From NCBI RefSeq assembly GCF_000284455.1, contig NC_017039.1, positions 1,230,001 through 1,262,000 on the forward strand: a DNA stretch of 32,000 bases. The letters run 5' to 3'. Shown in pieces: positions 1 through 6,614 of this stretch. Position 1 is the stretch's first letter; every line of letters starts with the position of its first letter. This DNA comes from Synechocystis sp. PCC 6803 substr. PCC-P. GTDB lineage: Bacteria > Cyanobacteriota > Cyanobacteriia > Cyanobacteriales > Microcystaceae. The position numbers and the translations under genes are program-made. Below the pieces are notes generated by a model that ran no database searches, was not told the origin of the DNA, and worked only from the letters and a program-made list of their open reading frames with translations.

Positions 1-239
1 CACAGACTAAAGTTGCTAGTGGTAAAAGGGCTAGCAAAAATCGCCTGCATAATTGGTTCCAACAAATCCAGGGGCAGATGATTTTTTAAATGGCGATCGG
101 GTAAGTAACAATAATCACAATCTAAATTGCAATAGGAAGTGGGTTGAATAATAATTAAATTGGTGGGGCCAAAATTAGTTATGTCCACATCCCTTATACT
201 TTCATTAATGGGTTGGGTTTGGTTGACTAAAGCTTGCAT
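1..239 (-). CDS. Radical SAM enzyme, N-terminal fragment (gene continues beyond the window start). Candidate GRRM-type rSAM/SPASM peptide maturase.
   Basis: My reverse-complement translation from the ATG at 239-237 gives MQALVNQTQPINESIRDVDITNFGPTNLIIIQPTSYCNLDCDYCYLPDRHLKNHLPLDLLEPIMQAIFASPFTTSNFSL... The canonical CxxxCxxC [4Fe-4S]/SAM motif (CNLDCDYC) is encoded at nt 108-131. The IIQPTxxCNLxCxYCY context is typical of SPASM/AnSME-like maturases. The gene is absent from the ORF track because it is truncated by the window edge. It starts 39 bp downstream of the co-directional 172-aa ORF. Confidence 0.75.
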   Translation of the reverse strand, partial: MQALVNQTQPINESIRDVDITNFGPTNLIIIQPTSYCNLDCDYCYLPDRHLKNHLPLDLLEPIMQAIFASPFTTSNFSL

Positions 240-278
240 AAGTGATCACCAATTGAGGCAAATGATTTGTTATTACAA

Positions 279-797
279 TTAAAGGGGAGAAGTACATACC
301 CAGATTGACTTTTGTTCATTAACTGGATCCATAATCAGTTGTGGCGCTAACCCTAAATTAGATTCCCTTGTTTCTTCAAAGTTAGAACCAAATACTGCTT
401 GAAGTGGTTCACGGGCAATCTCCACAGGAACCTCAAAGGTGACAGCATAAACTCCCCAGGTGCCCGCCGGAATCATAACTGCTGAAACAGGAAGACCGTA
501 ATAACTTTCCTTAATTTGATAGTAAGCAAAGTCATCCTCGATTTTATCTGGCACAAGACGCTGAAAAAATCGATGTTTTGGCCGATCAATCCCTTCCCAG
601 GGAGCAAGATAAACTCCTTCAAATTTACATTCAGGAAAGCTCCGCATCATGTCCTCAAAATCACTGGCAAAGTTATCGGTAATGACTTTCGCCGGCTCGG
701 CAAGAAGGGGTTGGGATGGTAATAGTTGGTAACCAACAATTGCCAGGGAGACTATCACTACCCGATAAGCAGAAACAGATGAGAAAGAAAACAGCAA
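279..797 (-). CDS. Hypothetical protein with an N-terminal hydrophobic signal/anchor segment. Function unknown. Located between the Gly-rich repeat genes and the radical SAM gene.
   Basis: 172-aa ORF. The N-terminus MLFSFSSVSAYRVVIVSLAIVGYQLL is hydrophobic. I recognise no catalytic motif. It is co-directional and tightly spaced with its neighbours: 44 bp after the upstream gene stop and 39 bp before the rSAM ATG. Confidence 0.55.
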   Translation of the reverse strand: MLFSFSSVSAYRVVIVSLAIVGYQLLPSQPLLAEPAKVITDNFASDFEDMMRSFPECKFEGVYLAPWEGIDRPKHRFFQRLVPDKIEDDFAYYQIKESYYGLPVSAVMIPAGTWGVYAVTFEVPVEIAREPLQAVFGSNFEETRESNLGLAPQLIMDPVNEQKSIWVCTSPL

Positions 798-841
798 TTT
801 TGTTCCCTAGGTTTCAGTGTTGGCTGTGAAATGTTAGTAAA

Positions 842-1276
842 CTACCAACGATTAACAAAACCACCGCCGCCGCCCCGGTTAACAAAGCCTCCCCCGTCTC
901 CCCAACCATTGCCCCAGGGATTATTAACATTGGCAAAGCCGCCGCCCCCACTGCCATCGGCCCAGCCGCCGCGCCCGACATTAGCAAAGCCACCGCCCCC
1001 GGCACCATCACCCCATCCTCCCCGCCGGGCATTACCAAAACCACCACCACCGCCACCATTGGCAAAACCAGCTTGTAGATTAGCTCGATTGATGGGAGTT
1101 TCCTCTGGGGACATTTGATTAGCCCTTTGCTGTAGAGCTGAGCTGATATTGTTTAACCGAGTGGAAAGGGCATTCTGAGAATTAGTTGCCAGGGCATTGC
1201 CCGGTTCTGCCACTGTTCCGATCGCCGTTAGGGCAATTACAAATGCTGTCCAGCTAGAGCGGTTATTGATAGCCAT
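842..1276 (-). CDS. rSAM-associated Gly-rich repeat protein (GrrA-like putative RiPP precursor), paralog 1.
   Basis: The ORF track gives 842..1333. The internal ATG at 1276 (MAINNRSSWTAFVIALTAIG...) aligns with the start of the paralog (MNSNQLSWTAFLVAIAG...), so I prefer it (144 aa). The C-terminal half is (G)nF(A/V/G)N and GGW(G/A)D repeats. I count 10 aromatic-X-N/D triplets, and the protein ends in FVNRW. Confidence 0.8.
   Translation of the reverse strand: MAINNRSSWTAFVIALTAIGTVAEPGNALATNSQNALSTRLNNISSALQQRANQMSPEETPINRANLQAGFANGGGGGGFGNARRGGWGDGAGGGGFANVGRGGWADGSGGGGFANVNNPWGNGWGDGGGFVNRGGGGGFVNRW
845..1069 (-). repeat. Gly-rich degenerate tandem repeat core of paralog 1 (GGGGF-x-N / RGGW-x-D units).
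   Basis: The peptide core is GFANGGGGGGFGNARRGGWGDGAGGGGFANVGRGGWADGSGGGGFANVNNPWGNGWGDGGGFVNRGGGGGFVNRW. The DNA is GGN/CCN rich, which produces spurious Pro-rich ORFs on the opposite strand. Confidence 0.85.
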
Positions 1277-1342
1277 GGATATTGCTCCCAGATTAATGAG
1301 GTGATGGGGAAAGAACAGATGGATGGATCTCAATGATAAGCC

Positions 1343-1747
1343 TTACCAACGGTTGATGAAGCCGCCCCCATCAGGCCAACGACGGTTATAGAAACCGCCC
1401 CGATCGCCCCAGCCGTTACGCCAAGGATTGATATTGCCGAAGCCACCGCCCCCTCGGCCATTGCCCCAGCCACCTCTACCTAGGTTAACAAATGTACCGC
1501 CACCTCGCCCATTACCCCAACCGATCGCCACCTGCATAGGGGTTTCTGGAGATTGGGAAGCATTTTCTGGGGAATTAGCTTTATCAGCAGTGTTTTTAAG
1601 GCTGGAATTAATGCGAGCAATGCGGGATTCAATGGTGGTGCCTTGATCTGGGCCATGATGGTCAACAGTGGCAGCCTGAGCTGAAGCGGACGTTACCCCG
1701 GCGATCGCCACCAGGAAAGCGGTCCAGCTAAGTTGGTTAGAGTTCAT
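1343..1747 (-). CDS. rSAM-associated Gly-rich repeat protein (GrrA-like putative RiPP precursor), paralog 2.
   Basis: 134 aa. It has an N-terminal Sec-like segment (SWTAFLVAIAGVTSASAQAA) and a polar middle region ending in SPETP. The core is WGNGRGGGTFVNLGRGGWGNGRGGGGFGNINPWRNGWGDRGGFYNRRWPDGGGFINRW, with 9 aromatic-X-N/D triplets. It ends in FINRW, like the paralog. Confidence 0.85.
   Translation of the reverse strand: MNSNQLSWTAFLVAIAGVTSASAQAATVDHHGPDQGTTIESRIARINSSLKNTADKANSPENASQSPETPMQVAIGWGNGRGGGTFVNLGRGGWGNGRGGGGFGNINPWRNGWGDRGGFYNRRWPDGGGFINRW
1346..1519 (-). repeat. Gly-rich degenerate tandem repeat core of paralog 2.
   Basis: Repeating GRGG(G)(W/F)-x-N units are read directly from the translation. 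Confidence 0.85.
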
Positions 1748-1855
1748 GACAAATACCTAAAAATGGACAACAACAATGGGGGTAGGGATTAGCCAAGGTT
1801 GGAACAGTCCCCAAAACGTGCCAACCAAATTACTACCAATTAAAGTCAACTTCGT

Positions 1856-2755
1856 TTACTGGCCATTTTTGGGTTCCATCACCTGCTCATGGGTAATTAC
1901 TAGGTAATTAAAAAATTGACGGAGATTGTCATTGTCCACGGGCACAATACCTTCGGTGCCGATCCATTTGTCAACGATGGCCACATCTTCCGGATCCCCT
2001 TGGACATAACCCTCCGCTAGCCGTACCAGGGCCCGATTTGCCAAACGCAAAAAGCCGGGATTGTCCTCCCGCACCATACAACCGACCCCATACCTAGTTT
2101 CTGCTGGTTGGGGAATAACTTTTGTGTCAGGCATATCCAATACTTGTCGTAGACCTGCCAATTGAATACCATCTCCGGCCACTGCGTCTACAGTTCCTTT
2201 TTTCAAAGCTTCCATCCCCGCCCGCACACTGGTAACAGGCACCACTTCGATCTCATTTTGAACAATTTTCACCGCATCTTCCACAATAGTGTTGGGTACC
2301 ATGGCTACCCGGCGTCCCATTAACGTTTCGCGGGAATTGATGGGAGTATCATTGGGCACCAATAATTGAATGCCAGCCACCGCATAGCTAACTGTGAAGT
2401 CCACGTAACGGTCCCGCTCCCAGGTAAAAGCAGTATCACAAACAATGTCTAGCTCCCCGGTTTTCAGTTTGGGCAAGGCATCACTCATATCCTGCACTTC
2501 AACAATCTGCAAAACCACATCCCGGCCCAGTTCTTTACCCACTTCCTCGCGGATACGGTCGGCAATGTCGATGGAGTAGCCCACCACCTCATTGTTATCG
2601 TTGATATAGGAAAAAGGCACATTGTCCAGGTTGGCCCCGATGGTTAAATTACCGGTGCGAATAATTTTCTCCATTACGGTTTCGGCGATCGCCGCTTGGG
2701 CTCCCACCGTAGCGAGTAACAGCCCAATGAAAGTGGCGGAGAACTGCTTCAACAT
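1856..2755 (-). CDS. Periplasmic amino-acid ABC transporter substrate-binding protein (family 3 SBP, GlnH-like).
   Basis: The track ORF (382 aa) has an implausible N-terminal extension. The ATG at 2755 gives MLKQFSATFIGLLLATVGAQAAIAE, a clean signal peptide. It is followed by RTGNLTIGANLDNVPFSY...GYSIDIA...D, which is typical of polar amino-acid binding proteins. Confidence 0.85.
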   Translation of the reverse strand: MLKQFSATFIGLLLATVGAQAAIAETVMEKIIRTGNLTIGANLDNVPFSYINDNNEVVGYSIDIADRIREEVGKELGRDVVLQIVEVQDMSDALPKLKTGELDIVCDTAFTWERDRYVDFTVSYAVAGIQLLVPNDTPINSRETLMGRRVAMVPNTIVEDAVKIVQNEIEVVPVTSVRAGMEALKKGTVDAVAGDGIQLAGLRQVLDMPDTKVIPQPAETRYGVGCMVREDNPGFLRLANRALVRLAEGYVQGDPEDVAIVDKWIGTEGIVPVDNDNLRQFFNYLVITHEQVMEPKNGQ

Positions 2756-2855
2756 GGCATTAATTAACCAAAAAGTTTGCGTCCAGTCTAATATAGACCG
2801 GCTTTTGCCCCGGTAAAGTAAAGAACTATTACAAACATTGTCGCAATCACTTTCT

Positions 2856-3584
2856 ATGACCTTTGGCATTCTCCACGGTGTTAGTGTGGGCCCCGGTGAC
2901 CCGGAGTTGATCACCCTCAAGGGGTTAAAGATTTTGCAATCCTGCCCCGTGGTAGCTTTTCCCGCTGGTTTACAAGGGCGATCGGGGGTAGCAGAACAAA
3001 TCATTAATTCCTATCTGAAACCAGAACAAATTCGTCTGTCCCTCAAATTTCCCTATGTGCAAAAGGAAGAAATTCTAGAGCAGGCCTGGCAGGAAGCGGC
3101 CGCAGAAGTTTGGCCCTACCTAGAAAAAGGAATGGATGTGGCCTTTGCCTGTGAAGGGGATATTAGTTTTTACAGCACCTTCACCTACCTTGCCCAAACC
3201 TTAAAAAGTAACCATCCCCAGTTAGGGATCAACTACATTGCTGGGGTAAGTTCTCCCTTTGCTGGAGCTTCAACCCTGGGTTTACCCCTAACTTGTCAGG
3301 AAGAAAAGCTCGCAATTTTACCAGCATTATATTGCCCGGAAGAATTGGAAAAAGCGTTGGATTGGGCGGAGGTAGTAGTGTTGATGAAAGTTCGTTTAGT
3401 GTATGGACAAGTGTGGAAAATTTTAGCTAAAAGAGGACTATTAGACCAGGCTTGGCTGTTGGAAAAAATTTCTACCGCCGAGGAAAAAATTTACCATCCC
3501 CTCAGCCATTATCCCCAGCTGTCCCTCTCCTATTTTTCCCTAATGTTAATCAAGCAAAATCAAAATAAGATTGGCAGAATTTAA
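2856..3584 (+). CDS. cobI: Precorrin-2 C20-methyltransferase (CobI/CbiL).
   Basis: The N-terminal GILHGVSVGPGDPELITLKGLKILQSCPVVAFP is the tetrapyrrole methylase signature. The ATG at 2856 is preferred over the TTG at 2838 used in the track. Confidence 0.85.
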   Translation: MTFGILHGVSVGPGDPELITLKGLKILQSCPVVAFPAGLQGRSGVAEQIINSYLKPEQIRLSLKFPYVQKEEILEQAWQEAAAEVWPYLEKGMDVAFACEGDISFYSTFTYLAQTLKSNHPQLGINYIAGVSSPFAGASTLGLPLTCQEEKLAILPALYCPEELEKALDWAEVVVLMKVRLVYGQVWKILAKRGLLDQAWLLEKISTAEEKIYHPLSHYPQLSLSYFSLMLIKQNQNKIGRI

Positions 3585-4195
3585 CGGAGAAAATTTTCGA
3601 GCATAATGCCTTCTTTGCGGCCGTGATCAGTTTGGCGATCGTAGTCCAGATCCCTTTGGCGGTAAAGCTGGATAATCTGTTGAGCAGTGCTTTCAGCTTT
3701 GGTTTGTAGACTCTGACAGTTGGGAAATGGGCCGAGATTTAGTAAGGCTTTTTCAATGGCCCTAGCCCCATACAGACCGGAATTTTTATGGTTTTCCTCA
3801 TGCTTAAATAAAGCGGCCAAGTAGTGATTAAAAACCCTGCGAGCTTCCGGATCACTGCCGTGGTTAGGGGGAATGCGGGGTAGGGTGTAGATAACATCAA
3901 GGTTGGTGGTAACTTTAGTGATTTGACATTGTTGGGCTGTGGACCACCATTGATACTGCCAGCGCACTAGCCATTGAGTATAGCCACGGTAACGTTTACC
4001 TTGAAAAATAATCGGGCTACGTTGATTTAATTCATTATTTAAATCCCATTTAGTTTTGGGATAAATAGAATAGTATTTATACTCGATTTTAACAATTGGT
4101 TCTGCCTCTACCCTAGCCGCCCCAAGCAGTCCCAAAACTATTGTTAATGGGGCAAGCAATGCTGACTTAACATACATTTTGCTCAGCCTGTTCAC
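3581..4195 (-). CDS. Secreted DUF922-like putative Zn-metallopeptidase (HExxH).
   Basis: 204 aa. It has a signal peptide (ALLAPLTIVLGLLGAARVEA) and an HEENH (HExxH) motif in LFKHEENHKNSG. The overall pattern Y..Y.I.G.T...L ... GYTQW...W ... LP matches my memory of Pfam DUF922. This has not been verified by search. Confidence 0.6.
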   Translation of the reverse strand: MNRLSKMYVKSALLAPLTIVLGLLGAARVEAEPIVKIEYKYYSIYPKTKWDLNNELNQRSPIIFQGKRYRGYTQWLVRWQYQWWSTAQQCQITKVTTNLDVIYTLPRIPPNHGSDPEARRVFNHYLAALFKHEENHKNSGLYGARAIEKALLNLGPFPNCQSLQTKAESTAQQIIQLYRQRDLDYDRQTDHGRKEGIMLENFLR

Positions 4196-4207
4196 TGTTG
4201 GTAGTGA

Positions 4208-5128
4208 TTACCTCAATTTGGTAATGGTTGCGCCCTTAGTATCAATGGGCAAACAATGACTTTCCGCTTCAATGCCTGCATCATGCCAGGTTTCCACTAG
4301 GGTGGAGGCGATCTGGGGAGCCCGGACTTCATCGGCGATCGCCAATAGGGTAGGGCCAGCACCGCTAATTACTAGGTTATAGGCCCCGGCGGCGAGGGCG
4401 GCCTGGTGGAGTTGGTCATAGGCAGGAATCAAACTCTGGCGATAGGGTTGATGGATTTGATCCTGGAGGGCCAGGGCTAACCAATCTCCCCGCCCTTGGC
4501 TAAAAGCTTGTACCAACAGCGCTAGGTGAGAAGCGTTAAAAATGGCGGCACTACGGTCATATTGATGGGGAAGAACAGCCCGGGCCGCTTCGGTGGATAA
4601 CTCGAAATTGGGAATGGCCAAAACCGGGACAAATTTGCTCGGCCAATCCAAAGCAACCAATTGCCAATGGTCACCATTTTTGACAGCCAGTTGACAGCCC
4701 CCCAATAGGGCCGGAGCCACATTATCGGGATGTCCTTCCATGGCGATCGCCATCTGCAAAATTTCCGAGGTTGTGCAGGGATTACCCGCCGCTTGATTGG
4801 CCGCCAATAACCCCCCCACAATGGCCGTAGCTGAACTACCCAAACCCCGGGCCAAAGGAATTTCCAAGTCAATTTCCAGCTTTAGGGGTGGTATAGCCTG
4901 CCCAGTTTGTTGATAAAAGTAGGCGATGGCTTGGTAGAGTAAATTGTCCTTGGTGGTGCTGATTTTTTCCCCGTCCCTGCCCCTGGCTTCAATCAATAGA
5001 TCAACTTCCGGGTCCGTCGGATCAGTCACCGTCACATGGTTATATAACCCCAGGGCCGCCCCCAAACAATCAAAGCCTGGGCCAATATTGGCGGTGGTGG
5101 CGGGCACAGAAACGGTAAAGCTGACCAT
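4208..5128 (-). CDS. thrB: Homoserine kinase (GHMP family).
   Basis: VPATTANIGPGFDCLGAAL is at the N-terminus. The GHMP motif PLARGLGSSATAIV is present. Length is 306 aa. Confidence 0.92.
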   Translation of the reverse strand: MVSFTVSVPATTANIGPGFDCLGAALGLYNHVTVTDPTDPEVDLLIEARGRDGEKISTTKDNLLYQAIAYFYQQTGQAIPPLKLEIDLEIPLARGLGSSATAIVGGLLAANQAAGNPCTTSEILQMAIAMEGHPDNVAPALLGGCQLAVKNGDHWQLVALDWPSKFVPVLAIPNFELSTEAARAVLPHQYDRSAAIFNASHLALLVQAFSQGRGDWLALALQDQIHQPYRQSLIPAYDQLHQAALAAGAYNLVISGAGPTLLAIADEVRAPQIASTLVETWHDAGIEAESHCLPIDTKGATITKLR

Positions 5129-5387
5129 GGCAAATAGCAGGGAAAATGGGGATTAATGCTCTGGCATTATCGGGCTTGGTCTGGGCCAGAGGCAATAGTG
5201 GCTTGACCCAGAGGCGATCGCTTGGCGGATACGATTGATTTTTGCCAAGGCGAAAATAGTTTACTTAGACCATGGCTACCTGAATGAATGATTGGGCAGT
5301 AATGGAATTAATGGGAGTAAAATATCCATCTATTCATCTGGTTTATTAACATTTACCTATATTTATTTGGGAGTTAAAGCCTAGCCA

Positions 5388-6521
5388 ATGAAATCCACTG
5401 GAGAAACACTGAACATAGAAGAAAAAGTTTTTGCGATTGCGGATCAATTTGATCACCAAGGAAAAATTGTCCAGATCAAACCCTTTGGCAACGGCAATAT
5501 TAATGACACTTTTTTGGTGGATCTAGACGGTCAAACGCAAACTAGTTTTATTTTGCAAAGGATTAACCATCAAGTATTTAAAAATCCAGCGGCAGTGATG
5601 GGCAATATGGTCAGGGTAACTACCCATATTAAGCAAAAATTACAACGGCAACCCCTGGAACGCCCTTGGTTAATGCCAGAAGTAATTTTGACTAAAAATA
5701 ATCAAGATCATTGGGATTCGGGCACTGGAGAATTTTGGCGGGCGATTAGCTTCATTGCCGGTTCGGAATCCTTTGATATTCTGACAGACCCAGCCCAGGC
5801 CAAGGAAGTGGGCACAGCCCTAGGCATTTTCCATCAACTGTTGAGCGACCTTTCCCCCAGCCAATTAGTCGATACTCTGCCTGGATTTCACCATACTCCC
5901 ATTTATCTCCAGCAGTATCAGCGGGCCCTGGCCCAGAATCCGAAGCTAACAGGATCATTAGGCCCAGAAATTAACCATTGCCAAAGGGTCATTAAAACTT
6001 GGCTTGATCAGTGTGGAGTATTGGAAACAGCTAAAGCGCAGGGACAATTACCCCTCCGGTTAATGCATGGTGATCCCAAAGTGAATAATATTTTGTTTGA
6101 TCGCCAATCGGGAAAAGCAGTCAGCGTGATTGATTTGGATACCACTAAACCAGGTTTAATCCATTACGATTTGGGGGATTGTTTGCGTTCCGGTTGCAAT
6201 CTGTTGGGAGAAGAAACGGAAAACTGGTCAGCAGTGGAATTTGATCTAGATCTTTGCCGGGCTATTCTTGAGGGCTATTTACCCCAATGTCAGCATTTTC
6301 TCACCGCCGCTGATTATGATTATTTGTGCCCCGCCATTGTCCTGATTAGCTTTGAATTGGGACTACGGTTTTTTACCGATTACCTTAACGGCGATCGTTA
6401 TTTCAAAGTTAAATACCCGGAGCACAATCTAATCAGAGCTTTGGTGCAATTCCAGTTAGCTAGCCATATCCAAAGCCAAGAAGATGCCATTCGTCGGATG
6501 ATCGAGGATATCAGAGGTTAA
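5388..6521 (+). CDS. Aminoglycoside-phosphotransferase/choline-kinase-fold small-molecule kinase (NahK/ThrB2-like). Substrate unknown.
   Basis: The Brenner-type catalytic loop LMHGDPKVNNILFD is followed by VIDLDT (a DxD metal-binding motif). The N-terminal GNGNINDTF nucleotide loop is present. Length is 377 aa. Confidence 0.75.
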   Translation: MKSTGETLNIEEKVFAIADQFDHQGKIVQIKPFGNGNINDTFLVDLDGQTQTSFILQRINHQVFKNPAAVMGNMVRVTTHIKQKLQRQPLERPWLMPEVILTKNNQDHWDSGTGEFWRAISFIAGSESFDILTDPAQAKEVGTALGIFHQLLSDLSPSQLVDTLPGFHHTPIYLQQYQRALAQNPKLTGSLGPEINHCQRVIKTWLDQCGVLETAKAQGQLPLRLMHGDPKVNNILFDRQSGKAVSVIDLDTTKPGLIHYDLGDCLRSGCNLLGEETENWSAVEFDLDLCRAILEGYLPQCQHFLTAADYDYLCPAIVLISFELGLRFFTDYLNGDRYFKVKYPEHNLIRALVQFQLASHIQSQEDAIRRMIEDIRG

Positions 6522-6614
6522 AGCCTTTTTGGATAAGGAATTATCCTCGCCGCTTACTATAGTCAAGGGTAGTAAACATTGGTTTTGCAGACTCTTTTTG
6601 CCAACTGATAACTG

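Noticed and set aside
814-1065. 83-aa minus-strand ORF in an alternative frame of the Gly-rich gene (MPMVAVVVVLVMPGG...).
   Set aside because: This is an out-of-frame reading of the same low-complexity DNA. It has no paralogous counterpart in the second gene copy.
831-1118. 95-aa proline-rich plus-strand ORF (PPPPPRLTKPPPSP...) and its analogue at 1428-1646.
   Set aside because: These are the antisense reading of GGN-rich glycine codons in the Gly-rich repeat genes (CCN = Pro). They lack signal, leader or start-codon context. The minus-strand frames give two mutually homologous proteins with matching N-termini and C-terminal NRW, so that strand is the coding one.
1856-2755. Whether the amino-acid-binding protein belongs to the GRRM-like cluster (for example as an export or uptake component).
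   Set aside because: It is a family-3 solute-binding protein with no adjacent permease or ATPase. It is separated by 108 bp from the first precursor gene and is upstream of it rather than downstream. I saw no logic linking an amino-acid SBP to peptide maturation, so I treat it as a neighbour only.
2756-3004. 83-codon N-terminal extension of the substrate-binding protein ORF (382 aa in the track).
   Set aside because: The extension overlaps the divergent cobI start region and has no protein-like features. The internal ATG at 2755 gives a textbook signal peptide.
4208-6521. The idea that thrB and the divergent APH-fold kinase are redundant homoserine kinases forming a functional pair.
   Set aside because: This rests only on fold-family membership. 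The kinase's catalytic loop resembles sugar-1-kinase members at least as well. I kept it as a low-interest open question rather than a claim.
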